A DNA stretch of 49,386 nt from Erysipelotrichaceae bacterium (GTDB lineage: Bacteria; Bacillota; Clostridia; Oscillospirales; CAG-272): assembly GCA_963609805.1 (NCBI GenBank), contig CAVDLN010000003.1:1-49386 (forward strand). Reading direction: 5' to 3'. The notes beneath the pieces are model-generated. The model was not told where the DNA came from. It saw only the letters and a program-made list of their open reading frames with translations, and ran no database searches. This document shows positions 44,869-49,386 of the stretch, in pieces. Numbering within the stretch: the stretch's first letter is position 1; the number at the start of each line of letters is the position of its first letter. Position numbers and translations under genes: made by a program.

Positions 44869-45135
44869 TTATGCCTGCATAGCATTGAGAGCCTTGGTGA
44901 ACTCGCTCTTCTTGTGTGCGGCGCAGTTCTTGTGGATGATGCCCTTCGCAGCGGCAACATCGATCTTCTTGCAGGCAACCTTGTACAGCTCCTGCGCGGT
45001 GGCCATATCATTGGCAGCGACTGCAGCGCAGTACTTCTTGATATCGGTCTTCAGCGCGGTCTTGAACATCTTGTTCTGCAGGGTCTTTGTCTCGGTGACA
45101 CGCACGCGCTTCTTCGCGGACTTGATATTCGGCAT
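44869..45135 (-). CDS. rpsT: 30S ribosomal protein S20
   Basis: MPNIKSAKKRVRVTETKTLQNK... is a classic S20 N-terminus; 88 aa. Confidence 0.95.
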   Translation of the reverse strand: MPNIKSAKKRVRVTETKTLQNKMFKTALKTDIKKYCAAVAANDMATAQELYKVACKKIDVAAAKGIIHKNCAAHKKSEFTKALNAMQA

Positions 45136-45222
45136 GACAGCTTCCTCCTCATAGAATGATTTCTATGCTCACGTCCCGCTTCAACTGAGAGGGTGTGCCG
45201 CAGGACTCACATATACCCTTGT

Positions 45223-45251
45223 ATCATACCACAATTCTCTGCAAATTGCAA
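45223..45251 (-). promoter_or_regulatory. Sigma-A promoter of rpsT with an extended -10
   Basis: Minus strand TTGCAA, 17-nt spacer ending in TGg, then TATGAT. Confidence 0.6.
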
Positions 45252-45294
45252 GGGGTTTTGAAAATTTTCCCTCAAAAATTGCAGCCGCATATTC

Positions 45295-45768
45295 CTATCC
45301 GATCGGTTCCTCGTCGTCCTCCGTATCGGAGATGTCGCTCTCGGCCGGGCGGTACGGGTTGTCTGTTCCCTGCCGGTAGTAAATGTAGGATTCGCCGTCC
45401 TCATACACGACCAGCAGGTAGCCGTCCCGCTGCTTGCCCGCGCTTGCCTTGACGGTGTACACGGGGAGGCTGTATCGCAGTGCGGAAAGACCTTCCGGCT
45501 TGATTTCGCCGAGCAGATCCCCCTGCGCATAGACGGAGGCCGATATGCCGGGGGCCCCTACTTCGGCGGCAAGATAATACACCGTCCCGTCATACAGCAG
45601 GCTGTCCCGCTGCGCCTCCCCCGTTCCGCCCCACGCGGCGGCGTTCTTGTAGTGGTGCAGGCAGATCCAGTGCAGCCCGCCCAGGAGCAGGGCAAACAGC
45701 AGGAAAAAGCAGATTCCCCGCGCGAAGAGGGGCATGCCGCGGCGCGGCCCGGAGTTCGGCGCCGTCAT
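45295..45768 (-). CDS. Membrane-anchored hypothetical protein with an acidic C-terminus
   Basis: One N-terminal TM segment (ICFFLLFALLLGGLHWI). Its start overlaps the stop of the upstream glycosidase-like gene by 4 nt. Confidence 0.5.
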   Translation of the reverse strand: MTAPNSGPRRGMPLFARGICFFLLFALLLGGLHWICLHHYKNAAAWGGTGEAQRDSLLYDGTVYYLAAEVGAPGISASVYAQGDLLGEIKPEGLSALRYSLPVYTVKASAGKQRDGYLLVVYEDGESYIYYRQGTDNPYRPAESDISDTEDDEEPIG

Positions 45769-47957
45769 GCCGTCTTATCCGGCGCGCTGCCGTCGGCGGC
45801 ATCGTGCGCCAGCAGTCCCAGATGATCCATCCAGTACAGCACATGGGAGGCGAATCCGTGATTGCAGGAGGCGTAGTCGCCGACATTCTCCCACAGCGTC
45901 CCCGTTTTGTCCGCCATGTAGGTGAAGTAACCCCGGATGTTGTCGTACAGCTCTTTGCGGAAGCCGTAGCGATCCAGCAGGTCAAGCCGCAGATAGTTGC
46001 CGATGAAGGCGTTGGCGGGGTAAATCTCGGGATACAGTCCCCGTGCGGCGCGGTCGTAGCCGAAGTCATGCAGGAGCGTTTCCCAGAGCCACGGGTGGCT
46101 GTCCGGCGTGGCGACTTTGCAGAAAAAGGCGTAGTACTGGCAGGACTCGGTACGCTCGCCCGAGAGACGGAGCTTTCCGTCCCGCCGCAGGGCGTTGTCG
46201 CAGAAGAAGCCGGATTCGGTCATGGACATTTCCCGGATGGTCTTTCGCAGGGCCTCGGCTTTTTCCGTCAGCGCACCGTCACCGTACAGCTTCCCGCAGG
46301 TTTCAAGCAGCAGGGCATACAGCATGTTGGAGGGGAAGGACACATCCTGCACCAGCTCGTTGGATTTCGACCACTCCACAAACACCCATGCCTTCAGACC
46401 CTCCAGCAGGCCGAACTCGTTCTCAAAGGGAGCAAAGTAGGCAAGCAGGGCATACAGGCGTTCCCGCGCACTGTCCACAAGAGCGCGGTCGCCTGTCCGC
46501 ATCAGGTACTCGCCCATTTCAACACCGTACCACATGGCCCAGTTGGGAATGAAGTTGCCGCTGTTGTGGTCGGACGGGTAGCACATGGGCAGCATGCCGT
46601 CGGGGAGAAATTCAAAGTGATCCGGCAGAAGGAAATTCTGCAGGAAGGCGCGCTCGACATCGGAACGCCCGGTCAGGACGCGCTCGACGCGCGAGGTGAA
46701 GAAGCTGTCGCACAGCCATCCCGCGCGCTCGCGGGAGGGGCAGTCCATGTAGATGTCAACCGTGTTGGCGCGGAAGGTTTCGACGGCAGCGTTATAGATG
46801 CGGTGCATGGCGTCGTCGTCGCCGGCAAAGCGTGCCGTGATGCGGTCGGCGGGGAAGGCGATGTGGTAGAGGCGCAGGTTGCGGACGGTAACGGCGCAGT
46901 CCTTGGCGGACAGACGCAGGTAGCGCATGACATACGGTTCAGCCGTAACGAGGCTGTACCGCCCCGCCCGCACGCCGATCCGGATGATGTTGGAGGTGCC
47001 CATGCGGAAGGGATTGAGAGTCCCGTTAATCACCTCGTCAAAGGTCAGATACAGGATGCCGTCGCCTGCCGCCTCGATGTCCAGCGCCCACACGCCGGTA
47101 TAGTTGCAGCCCATGTCAAGGTCTGCCCAGTCGTCGACCGGAAGCGAGATGACATCCGCGGGAAGCGAGACCTCCGTGCCTGCGTCGTAGTCGATGCGGC
47201 CGACCTCAATGTGGGAGGCGCAGTCCAGCTCCTCCGGGCGGTATCCGAAGAAGATATTGCTGATTCCGGATATTTCGCGGCTGTTGTAGTAGGACGCCTT
47301 GTCGGAGTAGGTCATGTGCCCCGTGCGGATAATTCCGAGCGGGCGCAGCGGCTCGTTGTCGGAGTACGGCATATCCCGGCAGAGGAACCGTCCGGCCACG
47401 GCAGGTTCGACGGCGACGGGAAGGACTGCGGTGTGGGGATCGACCTCATAGGAGAAAGCACCGGGGCGCAGATCGTAGCTCTCCGTCATGGGACGCTGGA
47501 AGGAGTAGCGCTGCACGCGGCGTATGCGTTCCCCGACGCCGTAGGCGGTAAAGGAGGAGCCGCCGTCCGCGCCGGTTGCCGCCAGCACCCGTTCACCCGC
47601 CGTGATTTCGGCGCACAGGAAGGAGGGCTGGTTGAGCGTGGCGAAGGAATTGACGTTGTAGCCGACCGTGCGCAGGCAGACGCGGTTGACCGGGGCGGTC
47701 AGATACGGGGTCAGGTCGTACTCGTCCACACGGAAAAATCCGTGAGCGCAGCGGGCGGGGCCGTGCGCGGCAAACTGTCCGTTCACCAGCAGGATGAAGG
47801 AACAGGAGGCTGCCGCCGCCAGACGGACGGATTCCCCGGCGGGAAGGGAGGACAGTGCGATATCGGCACAGAAACTGACTGTGCGGTTCATTGTGAGCGC
47901 ACTGCCGGCCTCCCAGACCGGGCGTGCCGCGCGGAAGCTGTATTCATGAAGCTGCAT
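45765..47957 (-). CDS. Six-hairpin glycosidase-like protein, GH78 (alpha-L-rhamnosidase)-related
   Basis: [18 protein letters not shown] resembles the DCP.RDER.GW.GD block of GH78 enzymes. There is no signal peptide. The start is at ATG 47957 after AAGGAG. Confidence 0.55.
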   Translation of the reverse strand: MQLHEYSFRAARPVWEAGSALTMNRTVSFCADIALSSLPAGESVRLAAAASCSFILLVNGQFAAHGPARCAHGFFRVDEYDLTPYLTAPVNRVCLRTVGYNVNSFATLNQPSFLCAEITAGERVLAATGADGGSSFTAYGVGERIRRVQRYSFQRPMTESYDLRPGAFSYEVDPHTAVLPVAVEPAVAGRFLCRDMPYSDNEPLRPLGIIRTGHMTYSDKASYYNSREISGISNIFFGYRPEELDCASHIEVGRIDYDAGTEVSLPADVISLPVDDWADLDMGCNYTGVWALDIEAAGDGILYLTFDEVINGTLNPFRMGTSNIIRIGVRAGRYSLVTAEPYVMRYLRLSAKDCAVTVRNLRLYHIAFPADRITARFAGDDDAMHRIYNAAVETFRANTVDIYMDCPSRERAGWLCDSFFTSRVERVLTGRSDVERAFLQNFLLPDHFEFLPDGMLPMCYPSDHNSGNFIPNWAMWYGVEMGEYLMRTGDRALVDSARERLYALLAYFAPFENEFGLLEGLKAWVFVEWSKSNELVQDVSFPSNMLYALLLETCGKLYGDGALTEKAEALRKTIREMSMTESGFFCDNALRRDGKLRLSGERTESCQYYAFFCKVATPDSHPWLWETLLHDFGYDRAARGLYPEIYPANAFIGNYLRLDLLDRYGFRKELYDNIRGYFTYMADKTGTLWENVGDYASCNHGFASHVLYWMDHLGLLAHDAADGSAPDKTA

Positions 47958-48132
47958 AGTTTGCTCCTTTTTCAATGTTCGATTTTACGGTGCCGCCCGC
48001 CGCGCATGCCGCGGCAGACGTCCGTTCTGTCGGTATCATGATATCACAATGCGTCGCGGTTGTCAAGCCGAACGCGGATTTTTGCCCGCCCGGCGAGAGC
48101 CTTTGCCGTCCCTCTTTTTTTGCTTTTTCCTC

Positions 48133-48161
48133 TTGCAATCCGTTCGGAAAGCATGTATAAT
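48133..48161 (+). promoter_or_regulatory. Sigma-A-like promoter for lepA
   Basis: TTGCAA, 17-nt spacer, TATAAT. Confidence 0.6.
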
Positions 48162-48192
48162 ATGGACAAGAAAAACCACACAGGAGATACGC

Positions 48193-49386
48193 ATGTCAGA
48201 CAAAGACAAGGAAAAGGAAAAAGAGAATCAGAGAATGCGGCATATCCGCAATTTCTCCATCATAGCACATATAGACCACGGAAAATCCACATTGGCGGAC
48301 CGCATTCTGGAGCGCACCAATACGGTAAGCGAACGGGAAATGGAGGCTCAGGTTCTGGATAACATGGATCTGGAACGGGAGCGCGGCATCACCATCAAGG
48401 CGCGCGCCGTGCGGCTAAATTATACGGCGCCGGACGGGGAGGTGTATGAGCTGAACCTCATCGATACCCCCGGGCATGTGGACTTCAACTACGAGGTGTC
48501 CAGATCGCTCAACGCCTGCGACGGGGCCCTGCTGGTCGTGGACGCGACGCAGGGAATCGAGGCACAGACGCTCGCCAACGCCTACCTTGCAGTGGACGCG
48601 GGGCTGGAAATTGTTCCCGTTATCAACAAAATCGATCTTCCCTCGGCGCAGGTGGAGCAATGCCGGAAGGATATCGAGGATGTAATCGGCATTCCGGCCG
48701 ATGGCTGTCCTGCCGTGAGCGCCAAGACGGGGCTCAACATTCAGGACGTCATGGATGCCATCATCCGCGACATACCCGCCCCGCGCGGTGACGGGGACGC
48801 GCCGCTCAAGGCGCTGATTTTCGACTCATACTATGATAGCTACCTCGGCGTTGTAGTCAATATCCGCGTCATGGACGGTGTTCTGCAAACGGGTGACAAG
48901 GTTCTTCTCATGTCCACGGGCGCCGTTTTCGATGTGGTGGATGTCGGAACGCTGGAACCGTTCGGACTGCAGTCTACCGGCAGGCTGGCGGCGGGAGAGG
49001 TCGGCTACTTTACGGCTTCCATCAAGTCGGTCGGGGACACCCGCGTGGGCGATACGGTTACGCTGGCGGACAATCCCACAGAGACCCCCTGCCCCGGCTT
49101 CAAGGCGGCACAGCCGATGGTTTTCGCCGGTATATACCCCGCGGACGGCGCGCGCTACGGGGATTTGCGTGACGCGCTTGAAAAGCTGCAGCTCAACGAT
49201 GCGGCGCTGACCTTCGATCCCGAGACATCCGTTGCGCTGGGATTCGGGTTCCGCTGCGGTTTCCTGGGACTGCTGCACATGGAGATCATAGAGGAACGGC
49301 TGGAGAGGGAGTTCAATCTCGACCTGATTACCACGGCGCCCAGTGTCGTCTATGAAATAAAAAAAACCGACGGGACGGTCGTCACG
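48193..49386 (+). CDS. lepA: Elongation factor 4 (LepA), 3' end truncated by the window
   Basis: Translated by hand because it is not in the supplied ORF track (it has no stop in the window). [51 protein letters not shown]..., open for 398 codons to the window edge. Confidence 0.95.
   Translation, partial: MSDKDKEKEKENQRMRHIRNFSIIAHIDHGKSTLADRILERTNTVSEREMEAQVLDNMDLERERGITIKARAVRLNYTAPDGEVYELNLIDTPGHVDFNYEVSRSLNACDGALLVVDATQGIEAQTLANAYLAVDAGLEIVPVINKIDLPSAQVEQCRKDIEDVIGIPADGCPAVSAKTGLNIQDVMDAIIRDIPAPRGDGDAPLKALIFDSYYDSYLGVVVNIRVMDGVLQTGDKVLLMSTGAVFDVVDVGTLEPFGLQSTGRLAAGEVGYFTASIKSVGDTRVGDTVTLADNPTETPCPGFKAAQPMVFAGIYPADGARYGDLRDALEKLQLNDAALTFDPETSVALGFGFRCGFLGLLHMEIIEERLEREFNLDLITTAPSVVYEIKKTDGTVVT

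Noticed and set aside
45804-48041. 745-aa ORF on the plus strand
   Set aside because: Antisense shadow of the GH78-like gene. It has odd composition (G/V/A/R-rich) and no start context, whereas the minus-strand product has family motifs and an AAGGAG RBS.

Overview
High-GC Clostridia-type chromosomal segment; the taxonomic placement is an inference from gene content such as the ispH::S1 fusion. Most of it is ordinary housekeeping. This includes a division and cell-wall cluster (zapA, U32 peptidase, murG, ftsQ, ftsZ), a cmk-plsC-ispH::rpsA operon joined by GTGA overlaps, gpsA, secG, rpsT and lepA (cut by the window end). It also includes three singleton tRNAs (Leu-GAG, Val-CAC, Ala-GGC), each behind a perfect TTGACA-17-TATAAT promoter, a yybP-ykoY-type Mn riboswitch in front of mntP, an OmpR-type two-component system, BioY, DegV and hemolysin-III. 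Accessory content is concentrated in three places. (1) The left ~6.9 kb is a visibly AT-richer integrative-element remnant. It carries gene debris, a DNA-binding-domain-less S24 peptidase plus an ImmA-like protease, two paralogous AAA+/nuclease-like ATPases, and a large serine recombinase split at an A_AAA_AAG heptamer. It ends at a displaced tRNA-Asn 3' fragment. (2) A 1371-aa cytoplasmic protein with a TIR-like N-terminus and Sel1-repeat body lies directly upstream of gpsA. (3) An AT-richer islet at about 40.2-41.7 kb holds a decayed secreted-protein gene coupled to a polytopic membrane protein. Other non-standard structures are a perfect 614-bp tandem duplication that makes an in-frame GNAT::DUF1836 chimera, and a 22.8-copy 14-bp quasi-palindromic minisatellite just upstream of a consensus promoter. 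I consider the TIR-like/Sel1 giant and the AAA+/PD-(D/E)xK pair the best candidates for undescribed biology, but neither can be proven from sequence alone. Many long ORFs in the supplied track are antisense shadows of real genes in this GC-rich DNA and are rejected.
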